DNA of 64,000 nucleotides, taken from NCBI GenBank assembly GCA_044356745.1, contig JBIKVP010000001.1, forward strand, positions 14,714 to 78,713. The letters run 5' to 3'. Below the pieces are notes generated by a model that made no database searches, had not been told where the DNA came from, and worked only from the letters and a program-made list of their open reading frames with translations. This document shows, piece after piece, positions 37,513-47,301 of this stretch; position 1 is the first letter of the stretch, and the number at the start of each line of letters is the position of its first letter. The position numbers and the translations under genes are program-made. The DNA comes from Beijerinckiaceae bacterium (lineage in GTDB: Bacteria > Pseudomonadota > Alphaproteobacteria > Rhizobiales > Beijerinckiaceae).

Positions 37513-39510
37513 ATGGAACAACTGAACCGCTTTCTGCAAGCAGCATCTCAACGGCAAGACATTGTCTTTGCCGTCTTCTTTGTGATGATTGTGGCGATGT
37601 TGATCATTCCTTTGCCGCATTGGCTGATTGATACTTTATTAGCGCTCAATCTGACACTTGCGCTTCTCATTTTAATGACCGCGATTTATCTCAAACACAC
37701 GCTGGATATCTCTACATTTCCTTCAATTATTCTTGTCACAGCCATTTTTCGTGTCGCGCTCAGTGTCGCGACGACACGTCTCATTCTCGCATATGGGGAT
37801 GCTGGTTATCTGATTTTGGCCTTCGGAAACTTCGTGATTGGGGGAAATATCGTCGTTGGACTTGTGGTGTTTTTGATTATTGCTGTTGTGCAATTCATGG
37901 TCGTGACCAAAGGTGCTGAGCGTATTTCTGAAGTGGGTGCACGCTTCACATTGGATGCTATGCCTGGAAAACAAATGGCAATTGATGCAGATTTGCGTGC
38001 AGGAGATATTACGAAGGAGGTTGCCAAACAACGCAGGGCAGAGCTTGAACAAGAGATGAGTTTTCACGGCGCGATGGACGGATCCATGCGTTTTGTGAAA
38101 GGCGATGCCATTGCATCCTTGATCATCGTTTTTGTGAACCTCATCGGTGGTCTTCTCATTGGTATGCTTCAACGCGGCATGGGGTTTAGCGAAGCATCAA
38201 GACTTTACACCTTGCTCTCTGTTGGTGACGGTTTGATTGCACAAATTCCTGCGATGTTTATTGCGCTCGCAGCAGGTGTTGTCGTTACCCGAGTTGAAAA
38301 GGAAGAATCCACCAATATGGGCTCGGATATTTCGCGTCAGCTCTTTGCTGAACCACGCGCCATGGGTATTGCAGGTGTTGTGGCAATTGCTATGGGACTA
38401 TTACCCGGCTTTCCAACCATTGTATTTTTTGTCATTGGCTCTCTTTTAGCGGCAGGCGCATATTTTCTGGACCGTAAAACCAAAAATTTGGCACTTGATG
38501 CACAACGCGCCGCTGAAGCTGCCGCCGCTGCGGCTGCTGCACCGCCCGATCTTGGTGAGCCTGATCCTGCGCCAATCCCCGGACAACAAGAAGAAGCACC
38601 GCAAAAAGTGCCGCTCCGTGTCACTTCACCTGGTGATGTACTCGTTTTACGCGGCAATCGCGAATTCTTGGGTATGTTTGAATTTATGCGCGTGTTCAAA
38701 CCAATTCTTGCAGCGCGTGAGCGCTTTACCCGCAAATATGGCTTTCCCTCTCCGCCATTAGGCTTTCAATATGACTCGCGTGTGCGTGTTGGTGAACTGA
38801 TTACCGATGTTGATGATGTCCCCACAGCGCGTCTTGCATTAGAGGGTGTCGATCCACAGTCACAGTTGAGTGATGAGCATATTCGCGAGATTGCACGTTA
38901 TATTTTCAGACAATGGAATAAAAACGCAGCAGCCCTGTTCAGCACACAGCAAGCCGCGACATGGCTTAGCGGACTTGAAGAGCAGCTCGGCCGTCTTGTG
39001 AGTGACGTTCAACAAGTATTGCCCTTTATGACACTTGTAAACGTCCTGCGTAAATTGCTTGAAGAAGGAGTGGGATTAACACCACCGCGCCTTGTATTAG
39101 AAGGTATCATGCAAGCAGCAGCACGCTCACAAGATCCTGACTTGATAGCGGATTTAACGAGGGCTTTTCTCAAACGCCAAATTTGTTTTTCTTATGCAAC
39201 CGACGGCCGTACGATTGAAGCGTATCTTGTCTCACCAGAATATGACGAGACATTCCAAGCATTACGCAGTGGTGGACGCGCCAATGATAAAATTACAGGG
39301 CTTTTCGTGCGTAAAGTTAAGTCACTCATGAAGCCAAATCAGGAAACAACGTTTGTGATTTTAACCTCTGGTGATATTCGTCGCGCTGTGCGCAAACTCC
39401 TCACCGATCAGGGCGTGGATGTCCCTGTACTCGGTTACAATGAAGTATCACGCGAATACGAAGTTAAAAACTTAGGTGTGATTGATGCCAACGCCGCACA
39501 AGCGGCTTAA
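37513..39510 (+). CDS. flhA: flagellar/type III export gate protein FlhA (FHIPEP family)
   Basis: 665 aa. Conserved FHIPEP core (VVTKGAERISEVGARFTLDAMPGKQMAIDADL, VKGDAIA), an Ala/Pro-rich linker and a cytoplasmic C-terminal domain. No other flagellar or T3SS gene occurs in the window. Confidence 0.93.
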   Translation: MEQLNRFLQAASQRQDIVFAVFFVMIVAMLIIPLPHWLIDTLLALNLTLALLILMTAIYLKHTLDISTFPSIILVTAIFRVALSVATTRLILAYGDAGYLILAFGNFVIGGNIVVGLVVFLIIAVVQFMVVTKGAERISEVGARFTLDAMPGKQMAIDADLRAGDITKEVAKQRRAELEQEMSFHGAMDGSMRFVKGDAIASLIIVFVNLIGGLLIGMLQRGMGFSEASRLYTLLSVGDGLIAQIPAMFIALAAGVVVTRVEKEESTNMGSDISRQLFAEPRAMGIAGVVAIAMGLLPGFPTIVFFVIGSLLAAGAYFLDRKTKNLALDAQRAAEAAAAAAAAPPDLGEPDPAPIPGQQEEAPQKVPLRVTSPGDVLVLRGNREFLGMFEFMRVFKPILAARERFTRKYGFPSPPLGFQYDSRVRVGELITDVDDVPTARLALEGVDPQSQLSDEHIREIARYIFRQWNKNAAALFSTQQAATWLSGLEEQLGRLVSDVQQVLPFMTLVNVLRKLLEEGVGLTPPRLVLEGIMQAAARSQDPDLIADLTRAFLKRQICFSYATDGRTIEAYLVSPEYDETFQALRSGGRANDKITGLFVRKVKSLMKPNQETTFVILTSGDIRRAVRKLLTDQGVDVPVLGYNEVSREYEVKNLGVIDANAAQAA

Positions 39511-39527
39511 TGACAGTCACTAATCTG

Positions 39528-40700
39528 TTACTCTGCCGCTTCAACACGCCCTTGCACACTCATGGCACGACGAACCGATGCAATCACCCTATCTTGCTGT
39601 TCTTCACTTAAATAAGGATGCATAGGCAAACTAATGACTTCATGCGCCAGACGCTCAGCAACCGGCAGTGACGTTTGAACAGCAGCATGAAACTTTTTGT
39701 AAGCTGTCTGCTGATGAAGCGGTTTAGGATAATAAATCGCGGTGGGGACACCATCGGCTTTGAGCGCATCAGCAAATGCAGCACGGTCAAAACCAGGCAT
39801 TTTAAGCGTATATTGCGCCCAAACAGATGTGTATCCTTCTGGCACTTCTGGTGTGAGCGCAATATCCCGTAATGCATCATTATAGCGTGCAGCAATACGG
39901 TTACGGGCAACGATTTCATCCGCAAAAACTTTAAGCTTTTCAATGAGTATTGCGGCCTGCATCGTATCAAGACGACCATTCATGCCGATGCGCACGTTAT
40001 CGTATTTATCAGACCCTTGCCCATGCACACGAATTGAGCGCATCGTTGCAGCCAGTTCATCATCATTCGTGAACACCGCGCCGCCATCACCATAACACCC
40101 TAAAGGTTTTGCAGGGAAGAAACTGGTCGATGTAGCGAGCCCAATCGTTCCAACCTTGCGCCCCTTATAAACTCCGCCAAAACCTTGCGCTGAATCACAA
40201 AGCATCCAAAGATTTTCGCGGCTACAAATCGGCTCAAGCGCATCATAATCAGCTGGCAAACCAAACAGATCAACTGGAATAACCCCAACAGGCTTTAAAC
40301 CTTTAGCTTTTGCAGCGCTAATGGCCTGTTCTAAACTTTGTGGATCGATATTGAACGTATTTTCATCAGAATCCACAAAGATAGGAATTGCACCAAGCCA
40401 CGCCACAACTTCAGCCGTCGCAGCGAAAGTAAACGTTGGGCAAAAGACTGCATCCCCAGGTTTTACCCCTTTTGCCATTAATACAAAAGCAAGAGCATCC
40501 GTGCCATTTGCACATGAAACAACATGTTTTGCACCGCAAAAAGCAGCTAAGTCAGTTTCAAGCTGTTTCACTTCAGGGCCCATAATGTAGGCTCCGTGAT
40601 TAACAACATTCAACACCGCAGTATCAATCTTATCACCGAGAAAACGGCGCTGTGCGGCTAAATCAATAAAAGCAATCGGCTCATGCGTAGGGGTTGACAT
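39528..40700 (-). CDS. DegT/DnrJ/EryC1-family sugar aminotransferase (WbpE/WlbC-like)
   Basis: 390 aa. PLP-dependent fold with DSAQGFG and the FFPAKPLGCYGDGG Lys region. TGATG 1-nt overlap with the upstream gene. Confidence 0.88.
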   Translation of the reverse strand: MSTPTHEPIAFIDLAAQRRFLGDKIDTAVLNVVNHGAYIMGPEVKQLETDLAAFCGAKHVVSCANGTDALAFVLMAKGVKPGDAVFCPTFTFAATAEVVAWLGAIPIFVDSDENTFNIDPQSLEQAISAAKAKGLKPVGVIPVDLFGLPADYDALEPICSRENLWMLCDSAQGFGGVYKGRKVGTIGLATSTSFFPAKPLGCYGDGGAVFTNDDELAATMRSIRVHGQGSDKYDNVRIGMNGRLDTMQAAILIEKLKVFADEIVARNRIAARYNDALRDIALTPEVPEGYTSVWAQYTLKMPGFDRAAFADALKADGVPTAIYYPKPLHQQTAYKKFHAAVQTSLPVAERLAHEVISLPMHPYLSEEQQDRVIASVRRAMSVQGRVEAAE

Positions 40701-42472
40701 CAGACGATCTCCTCTAAAACGTCAGCTGATAATTCACGATAGCGGCGGTTTGTCTCAGGGCATTGCCATTCGCCCGCACGATCACTTTGCACCATGCGCG
40801 CACCAAAATGCGACATCCAGCCGATGCGGCGTGCTGGAACACCTGCCATCAATGCAAAGTCAGGTACATCACCTGCGACAACAGCGCCCGCTGCAATAAA
40901 GCTATATTGCCCTAAAGTATATCCGCATACGATCGTGGCATTCGCGCCAATCGTCGTGCCTTTTTTAACAAGCGTTGGACGATATTCTGATTTACGCACA
41001 ATTTCCGCACGTGGATTGTTCACATTCGTGAATACGCAAGAAGGGCCACAAAACACACCATCTTCAAGTGTGACACCTTCATAAATCGACACGTTGTTTT
41101 GCACTTTAACACCGTTGCCAATGGTGACTTGAGGGCCAATCACAACATTCTGACCAATTTTGCAGTTTTCACCAATCGTAACATCGCCCAAAATATGACT
41201 GAAATGCCAAATATCTGTGCCTTTACCCAGTGTAACACCTGCATCAACGTAGGCGCTCTCGTGAATGCGTGTATGGGGATGCGTACCCACGACGCGGGGA
41301 TTGGCAACGGGCACGTGAGACACTTGCGGAGATGCACCTTGTCCCGCTTTCATCGCAGCACTCGCACGCGCTAATACATTCAGCACACGCAACCCCTCAA
41401 CGCCATCTGTGCGCGGTGTCTCTCCTGAAGCAATCGTTTGCACAAAATGCGTACATTCATTGCGTAAGGGTTCACTGCGTTCAAAAGGAATAGATCTGGC
41501 TTCGCCCTTCACTTCAAGCGGCGCGCCATTCACCCAACTGACCGTATTGGCGTAATGCATAAGCTTATTGACGGGATCAGCCTGACTATCTTCAAAAACA
41601 ATCATGCCCTTATCACCAACGACAACAAAGCGCTGTTCTTTAATCGGGTGAAGCCATGAGACAAACACATGACCCCGCACACCATTTTGAAATGTCATCT
41701 GCACATGGGCATGATCCGCGATATGAGGATTAAGCGTATTGGCGCCAAAAGCAGTAACATCAACAGGATCAGCACCCGTGAGCCCTAGAACCATCGATAA
41801 ATCATGGGGACCAAGCGCCCAGAGCACATCTTCTTCTTGGCGCAGCTTACCCATCGCTAAGCGGTTGGAATAAATATATTGAATTTTGCCGATTAACCCT
41901 TCAGCAATCACCTGTTTGAGTTTGATGTAAGCGGGATGATATTGTAGCAAATGTCCAACCATGAGCCGTAAATTAAGTTGTTGCGCCAGCGCATGAAGCT
42001 CTTCAGCATCTTTCACTTCTAAAGCAATCGGCTTTTCAACAAAGACATGCTTACCTGCAAGCAGCGCCTTTTTCGCAGCATCAAAATGCATCTCAGCCGG
42101 CAGCGCAATGGCAACACCATGAACCGTAGGGTCGCTTAAAACAGCATCAAATGCCACCGATTGCGCACCATGTTTTGCGACAAGTTCAGCAGCTGTGGCA
42201 GGATTATTTTCAACAATCGCACCTAAATTACCCATCTCGGCAAAATTGCGCACGAGATTTTTGCCCCAGTATCCGCCACCAATGACCGCGATGCGGACAT
42301 CAACAGCCGTCAAAGACGGAGCCGGATTTTTTAACGTATTCTCGTTAATGACAGAAATAATCTCTTTGCGGGCAACTGATAGTGTCGTCACGAGGTCTTT
42401 TTCCTTTTTGAAACAGGAGGTAGAATGTCGTGCATCATACGAAAAAGTGATATTTAACGTAGCAATCAGCAC
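40700..42472 (-). CDS. fusion protein: Gfo/Idh/MocA sugar oxidoreductase (WbpB/WlbA-like) + left-handed beta-helix N-acetyltransferase (WbpD/WlbB-like)
   Basis: 590-aa ORF. Rossmann motif [12 protein letters not shown]...EKP in the N-terminal ~370 aa. Hexapeptide repeats ([35 protein letters not shown]...) in the C-terminal ~190 aa. The first ~50 aa are doubtful, so the start is uncertain. Confidence 0.85.
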   Translation of the reverse strand: MLIATLNITFSYDARHSTSCFKKEKDLVTTLSVARKEIISVINENTLKNPAPSLTAVDVRIAVIGGGYWGKNLVRNFAEMGNLGAIVENNPATAAELVAKHGAQSVAFDAVLSDPTVHGVAIALPAEMHFDAAKKALLAGKHVFVEKPIALEVKDAEELHALAQQLNLRLMVGHLLQYHPAYIKLKQVIAEGLIGKIQYIYSNRLAMGKLRQEEDVLWALGPHDLSMVLGLTGADPVDVTAFGANTLNPHIADHAHVQMTFQNGVRGHVFVSWLHPIKEQRFVVVGDKGMIVFEDSQADPVNKLMHYANTVSWVNGAPLEVKGEARSIPFERSEPLRNECTHFVQTIASGETPRTDGVEGLRVLNVLARASAAMKAGQGASPQVSHVPVANPRVVGTHPHTRIHESAYVDAGVTLGKGTDIWHFSHILGDVTIGENCKIGQNVVIGPQVTIGNGVKVQNNVSIYEGVTLEDGVFCGPSCVFTNVNNPRAEIVRKSEYRPTLVKKGTTIGANATIVCGYTLGQYSFIAAGAVVAGDVPDFALMAGVPARRIGWMSHFGARMVQSDRAGEWQCPETNRRYRELSADVLEEIV

Positions 42473-42536
42473 ACACTGACCGCACTCAATACGTTTGAAA
42501 ATCTACGTATAACGTACAACGCCCAATGTACTTCCC

Positions 42537-43901
42537 TTAAGCCTTAATCACATGGGATCCTTTAACACCTGCCTTGGCACAAGCATTACGGGTATCAATC
42601 ACAAGTTTAGAGTGGCGTACTAATTCTTTGTAATCCACTTGATCATGATCAGTGGCGATCAGAACCGCATCAAAACCGCTAAGCACTTCGGGTGTCATGG
42701 CAACAGACGCACGCCCCGCGAGTGCGGCATGTTCGCGTGTCATCGGAATGACTGGAATGTGAGGATCATGATATTCTACATGCGCACCACGTGACTCGAT
42801 CAGCTCAATCAATTTGAGCGAAGGACTTTCGCGCATGTCATCAACATTCTTCTTGTAAGCAACACCACAAATCAGAATGCGCGCACCCGTAAGACCTTTG
42901 CCAACAATGCGATCGACTGATTCCGCCAGTTTATTGACAACGACGTAAGGCATACGCGTGTTGATTTGCCCCGCCAACTCAATAAAGCGTGTCGTGATGT
43001 CAAATTCACGCGCTTTCCATGTCAAATAAAACGGATCAATCGGAATACAATGCCCACCTAATCCTGGACCAGGATAAAACGGCATAAAGCCAAACGGCTT
43101 CGTTTTTGCAGCATCAATCACTTCCCAAACATCAACACCCATCGCCGCATAAACAACCTTCAGCTCATTAACGAGAGCAATATTGACGGCGCGAAAAATA
43201 TTTTCGGTGAGTTTAACTGCTTCAGCCGTTGCCGTTGACGACACTGGAACTGTTTTGACAATTAATTCAGAATAAAGCGCTTCTGCCAAAGCCAGCGCAT
43301 CAGCACCATCTCCGCCCACAACTTTTGGGATAGAGGCCGTGCCAAAATCAGGATTACCCGGATCTTCACGCTCTGGCGAAAACGCTAAGAAGAAATCCAC
43401 ACCACTTTTAAGTCCTGATGACTCAAGAATTGGCTTCATGATTTCATCAGTTGTGCCCGGATATGTTGTAGACTCCAAAACCACGAGCTGACCACGACGC
43501 AAGTAAGGAGCAATCGCACGCGCCGTATTTTCAACATACGATAAATCGGGCTCGCGATATTTATTCAAAGGGGTTGGAACAGCGATGAGAATGGCATCAG
43601 GTTCTGCAAGGCGAGAAAAGTCAGCGGTAGCTTCAAAGCGGTTATCCTCACGGGCTTTTGCAATCGCGTCAGACGATATGTGCTTTATAAAGCTTTCTCC
43701 GCGATTAATCTGAGCAACACGCGGCGCATCAATATCAAACCCAAGAACTGGAAAGCCTTTGTGAGCGGCTGTAAGCGCAAGCGGAATTCCCACATAGCCA
43801 AGACCAACGATACCAACAACAGCACGTTTTTCACGATAAGCTTCAATCAAATTGGCCACATTGAGAGGCTCTGTGACGACTTTCAAATGTGCTTTTTTCA
43901 T
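42537..43901 (-). CDS. UDP-N-acetyl-D-hexosamine 6-dehydrogenase (WbpA/WecC family nucleotide-sugar dehydrogenase)
   Basis: 454 aa. VGIVGLGYVGIPLA Rossmann motif and the catalytic GGHCIPIDP motif. Confidence 0.88.
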   Translation of the reverse strand: MKKAHLKVVTEPLNVANLIEAYREKRAVVGIVGLGYVGIPLALTAAHKGFPVLGFDIDAPRVAQINRGESFIKHISSDAIAKAREDNRFEATADFSRLAEPDAILIAVPTPLNKYREPDLSYVENTARAIAPYLRRGQLVVLESTTYPGTTDEIMKPILESSGLKSGVDFFLAFSPEREDPGNPDFGTASIPKVVGGDGADALALAEALYSELIVKTVPVSSTATAEAVKLTENIFRAVNIALVNELKVVYAAMGVDVWEVIDAAKTKPFGFMPFYPGPGLGGHCIPIDPFYLTWKAREFDITTRFIELAGQINTRMPYVVVNKLAESVDRIVGKGLTGARILICGVAYKKNVDDMRESPSLKLIELIESRGAHVEYHDPHIPVIPMTREHAALAGRASVAMTPEVLSGFDAVLIATDHDQVDYKELVRHSKLVIDTRNACAKAGVKGSHVIKA

Positions 43902-44087
43902 TTAAACCTGCTTACAAATACGGGGAATTTTTCCAAAAACAATGGGCTAACAATGATAAGTTGCCCTGTTTCAACCTCAATAAATCGTTAAAACATCGTT
44001 AGTCTTTTGAGGATATTTCAACTTTATGTCAAGCCTAGGTGATCAATTCACCCCAATTCGACCTTCACATTCTGTAACAGACACGTC

Positions 44088-44112
44088 ACAAAAAAAGGCT
44101 CAATGAGCCTTC
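44088..44112 (-). terminator. aqpZ terminator
   Basis: On the minus strand: stem aaggctc/gagcctt with loop att, followed by a T7 run, 30 nt after the aqpZ stop. Confidence 0.7.
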
Positions 44113-44141
44113 TTCTCTCTTGGGTATCAATTTGTTTATGA

Positions 44142-44846
44142 TTATTCGGCTTCAAGAACCCGATTTTTGAACAAAAATCCTGCTAAAAGTGCAGCAAGAG
44201 GGGGCACAATCAAAAAGAGCCAAACCTGTGCCAACGCTGTTCCACCGACATAAACTGCCGGAGCAAGTGAACGTGCAGGATTCAGCGAAACACCCGTGAC
44301 ATTGATAAACGTGAGAATAAGCACAGCAAGCGTTAAACCAATCACAAGACCAGCAACAGGTGTTGTACCCGCTTTTGAGGTCGCACCTAAAATGACAACC
44401 ATGAAGATGAATGTAGCGACAAATTCAACAATTAAAGCTGAGAGAAGTGAATATTGCCCCAGATAACCCGCACCCCAACCTGTTTGAGCAAGACCTTGCG
44501 CTTGAATATCATATCCACCTGCTTTTCCTGACAAAATTAACGCCAGAAAGCCAGCACCAATAAAGGCTCCAACAATTTGTGATGCGATGTAACCAGGCAC
44601 ATCGCTTGTCGGCAAACGTCCCGCTGCCCATGCGGCAATTGTAACAGACGGATTAAGGTGACATCCCGAAATCGGGCCAAGCGCATAAGCCATACCTGTC
44701 ACTGCTAATCCGAATGCAAGCGCAATCGGCAGAGTATTAATGGCGTTTTGCGGTAGGCCTGCGCCATAACCGCCGATAACGACAGCACCACAGCCAATGA
44801 GAACGAGAACAGCTGTTCCCAAAGCCTCAGCAAAATACTTTTTCAT
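44142..44846 (-). CDS. aqpZ: aquaporin Z
   Basis: 234 aa. MIP family. The second box is NPA (SLNPARS), and the first box reads NPS (HLNPSVT) instead of NPA. Confidence 0.9.
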   Translation of the reverse strand: MKKYFAEALGTAVLVLIGCGAVVIGGYGAGLPQNAINTLPIALAFGLAVTGMAYALGPISGCHLNPSVTIAAWAAGRLPTSDVPGYIASQIVGAFIGAGFLALILSGKAGGYDIQAQGLAQTGWGAGYLGQYSLLSALIVEFVATFIFMVVILGATSKAGTTPVAGLVIGLTLAVLILTFINVTGVSLNPARSLAPAVYVGGTALAQVWLFLIVPPLAALLAGFLFKNRVLEAE

Positions 44847-45027
44847 AAGTCATATTTCCTTTTAAATGATAGACATCCGCATCAGAAATCAATGATGTGA
44901 CACACGCAAGACAAACTATCAGAATACGCGAAGATCAAGGCGGGTTATCCAAAAGAAATTAAATTTTTTTTGTTTTTAAACGCATGAAATACGTTACGAA
45001 AATGCGCACATCATAGGTTTGAGAAAT

Positions 45028-45945
45028 ATGCCTGAATTACCTGAAGTGGAAACTGTACGCCGTGGTCTTGCACCTGTAATGGAAGGTGCAATGATTGCGT
45101 GCGTTGATCTACGCCGAAACACTTTGCGCTACCCTTTTCCAGAAAATTTTAAGCAGCGACTTGAGGGGGCATCTATTCGTATCGTTTCACGACGTGCCAA
45201 ATACATTCTGGTGTTTGCTAAGCAACCAGATAGTTTGAAAGAAGAGGTTTTAATTCTGCATCTTGGCATGAGCGGACGTTTTAAAATTATTCCCTCTCAA
45301 AACGGCAATGCAGCAACCGATTTTGACGCGGCTTTTCATCATTCACAGGCGACATATGACATACATGATCACGTTATCTTTCATCTAAGCAGTGGTGTCA
45401 GAATTGTTTACAACGATGCGCGTCGCTTTGGATTTATGGATCTTGTTGCAGCCGATGATTATGAAAACAGCCCATACCTTAAACGCCTTGGTTTAGAGCC
45501 TCTCTCAAATGCGATGAATGCAGATGCGCTCGCAAAGCTTTTTTACAAGCGTAAAACATCTCTTAAAGCGGCCTTACTTGATCAGCGCTTTATTGCAGGT
45601 TTAGGCAACATTTATGTGTGCGAGGCATTATTTCGCGCGCATCTTCACCCAAATGATCCCGCATCAATTTTAGCAAATGAACACAGCTTACCCACATCAG
45701 CGGCGGAGCGTTTAGCACCCGTGATCGTTGACGTTCTCAAAGAAGCTGTTGAAGCAGGCGGATCAACGCTGCGTGATTTCGCGCATACAGATGGTGCGAT
45801 GGGATACTTCCAACATGCGTTTCAGGTATATGACCGTGAAGGCAAACCGTGTGTCAGAGACGGTTGTCAAAGTCACATAAAACGTATGACACAAAACGGA
45901 CGCTCAACGTACTTTTGCGCACTTTGCCAGACGGAAGAGGCTTAA
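45028..45945 (+). CDS. mutM: formamidopyrimidine-DNA glycosylase
   Basis: ORF 45019..45945. Start set at ATG 45028 so the protein begins MPELPEVE, with the catalytic Pro at position 2. H2TH domain and a C-terminal zinc finger (C..C...C..C). Confidence 0.93.
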   Translation: MPELPEVETVRRGLAPVMEGAMIACVDLRRNTLRYPFPENFKQRLEGASIRIVSRRAKYILVFAKQPDSLKEEVLILHLGMSGRFKIIPSQNGNAATDFDAAFHHSQATYDIHDHVIFHLSSGVRIVYNDARRFGFMDLVAADDYENSPYLKRLGLEPLSNAMNADALAKLFYKRKTSLKAALLDQRFIAGLGNIYVCEALFRAHLHPNDPASILANEHSLPTSAAERLAPVIVDVLKEAVEAGGSTLRDFAHTDGAMGYFQHAFQVYDREGKPCVRDGCQSHIKRMTQNGRSTYFCALCQTEEA

Positions 45946-45947
45946 AT

Positions 45948-46499
45948 TTAACTCGCCACCATTTTGCGTTCGCGACGACGCTCAGAGGAAGGTTGATAAG
46001 CAATTTTACAGTGATAAGTACAGTAGGGCGAACTACCGTCAGATTTTGCCCCACAATAACGGAAGTCAGGGGTTGTCGGATCACCCATTGGCCAACGACA
46101 CATGGATTCACGCAGCTCCATAATCGTCACGCGCTCAGACATCGGCACAACAACATTTTCAACGGGTGCTGCTTGAGGCGCTGCATCAGGGGACGCTTGT
46201 GGTGATGCATCCATTTTTAGCGCTGCATTGCCTTGCGTGCCACCACCTGATGCACCCCGATGTTGAGTTGGGCGGCTCGAGAGACGATGAGGTGATGAAG
46301 GCTTGCGAACAGGCTGGCGTGCAACTGTCGATGTTGTGCTCTTAGCGCGTCCTGATAATCCCAGACGATGCACTTTTCCAATCACTGCATTGCGCGTCAC
46401 ACCGCCCATTTCAGCAGCAATCTGGCTGGCACTTAAACCATCCGTCCAAAGCTTTTTAAGCAACTCAACACGTTCATCGCTCCAGGTCGTATCGCTCAT
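45948..46499 (-). CDS. gcrA: cell-cycle transcriptional regulator GcrA
   Basis: 183 aa. N-terminal WSDERVELLKKLWTDGLSASQIAAEMGGVTRNAVIGKVHRLGL and C-terminal CRWPMGDP...YCG...YCTYH are GcrA hallmarks. Confidence 0.92.
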   Translation of the reverse strand: MSDTTWSDERVELLKKLWTDGLSASQIAAEMGGVTRNAVIGKVHRLGLSGRAKSTTSTVARQPVRKPSSPHRLSSRPTQHRGASGGGTQGNAALKMDASPQASPDAAPQAAPVENVVVPMSERVTIMELRESMCRWPMGDPTTPDFRYCGAKSDGSSPYCTYHCKIAYQPSSERRRERKMVAS

Positions 46500-46691
46500 T
46501 CGGCTCTCCTGAGGGGCATTAACATGTCCCGTAACACAACTGAAAATTCGTTAACACATTTTAATCAATGACCCTTGATGGATAGGCATTCTCACGCACA
46601 AGCGCAACACAAGATCATGCAAAAACGTCGCTACCCCTGTGGACATTCTTAAAAAATATTTAACACGAAGGATACAGAACACACTTATTAG

Positions 46692-46707
46692 ATACTACAT
46701 GTAGTAT
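46692..46707. repeat. 16-bp perfect palindrome ATACTACATGTAGTAT (candidate operator)
   Basis: Read directly from the sequence. It lies ~190 bp upstream of the gcrA start, in an AT-rich 800-bp intergenic region. Confidence 0.5.
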
Positions 46708-46924
46708 GTTAATGCTATTAAATCCACAATAAAACGATATTTTCAAGGGCTAGAGTGGTTTTAAAGATGCAAATAACACAACGTGTCGCATCCGAGCTTG
46801 TTCCAACAATTTTTAATCGTATTAAGAGAGATGTCAGCCTTTAAAAACATATGAAAATACACTGCTTGCACTTGTGAAATGATGTGTTACTATCAGATTT
46901 AGTCGAGCTTGAGGAGCGCACAGC

Positions 46925-47101
46925 GTGTTAGACAAAGTTTTAACGATGTCTCGTTCGTTTTTAAAAGCGATAACGTCTTTAATGCCGCATGTACGCGATG
47001 GAAACGAACAGACCAGCCATTCTTACGCACGTGTGCGTGCTGTGACACGCCATGAATTGATGCATGAGCGACTTCGTCGCAAACACCTTCGCAACCTCTA
47101 A
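46925..47101 (+). CDS. hypothetical small basic His/Arg-rich protein (58 aa)
   Basis: Hand-translated: (GTG)LDKVLTMSRSFLKAITSLMPHVRDGNEQTSHSYARVRAVTRHELMHERLRRKHLRNL. SD gaggag sits 8 nt upstream of GTG 46925. A sigma70-like ttgcac-N16-tactat lies at 46865-46892. A 9-bp-stem hairpin (cctctaaaa/ttttagagg) overlaps the stop. Absent from the ORF track (under 60 aa). Confidence 0.3.
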   Translation: MLDKVLTMSRSFLKAITSLMPHVRDGNEQTSHSYARVRAVTRHELMHERLRRKHLRNL

Positions 47102-47301
47102 AAGCCTCAAGGGCGTGTAGCCTCGGTTTTTAGAGGATAAAGTTCTCCCCTACAGTGCATTGCCTGAGTGGATTGAACATATTTTAAGTGTGCAACATCA
47201 ATAAACCTTCAGCTTTTTTGTGATAAGCTCATTTGGCAAGAGAGAATGCTTTATGTCAGGATCGAACACCAAAAAGCGCATGATTATAGGATTATAAGGC
47301 G

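Noticed and set aside
37723-38735. Minus-strand ORFs (149 aa and 132 aa) inside flhA, including an Ala-run peptide
   Set aside because: They are antisense to the most conserved part of FlhA and to its GCN-rich Ala/Pro linker. They have no independent signals.
46551-46564. TTAA...TTAA motif upstream of gcrA resembling a CtrA box
   Set aside because: The spacing between the TTAA half-sites is 6 nt, not the 7 nt of the TTAA-N7-TTAAC consensus. The nearby 7/9 matches to DnaA boxes are too weak to call.
46925-47301. Classical leucine leader-peptide attenuator for leuA
   Set aside because: Neither the 58-codon ORF nor the 14-codon uORF contains a run of Leu codons, so the attenuation model is not supported by the sequence.
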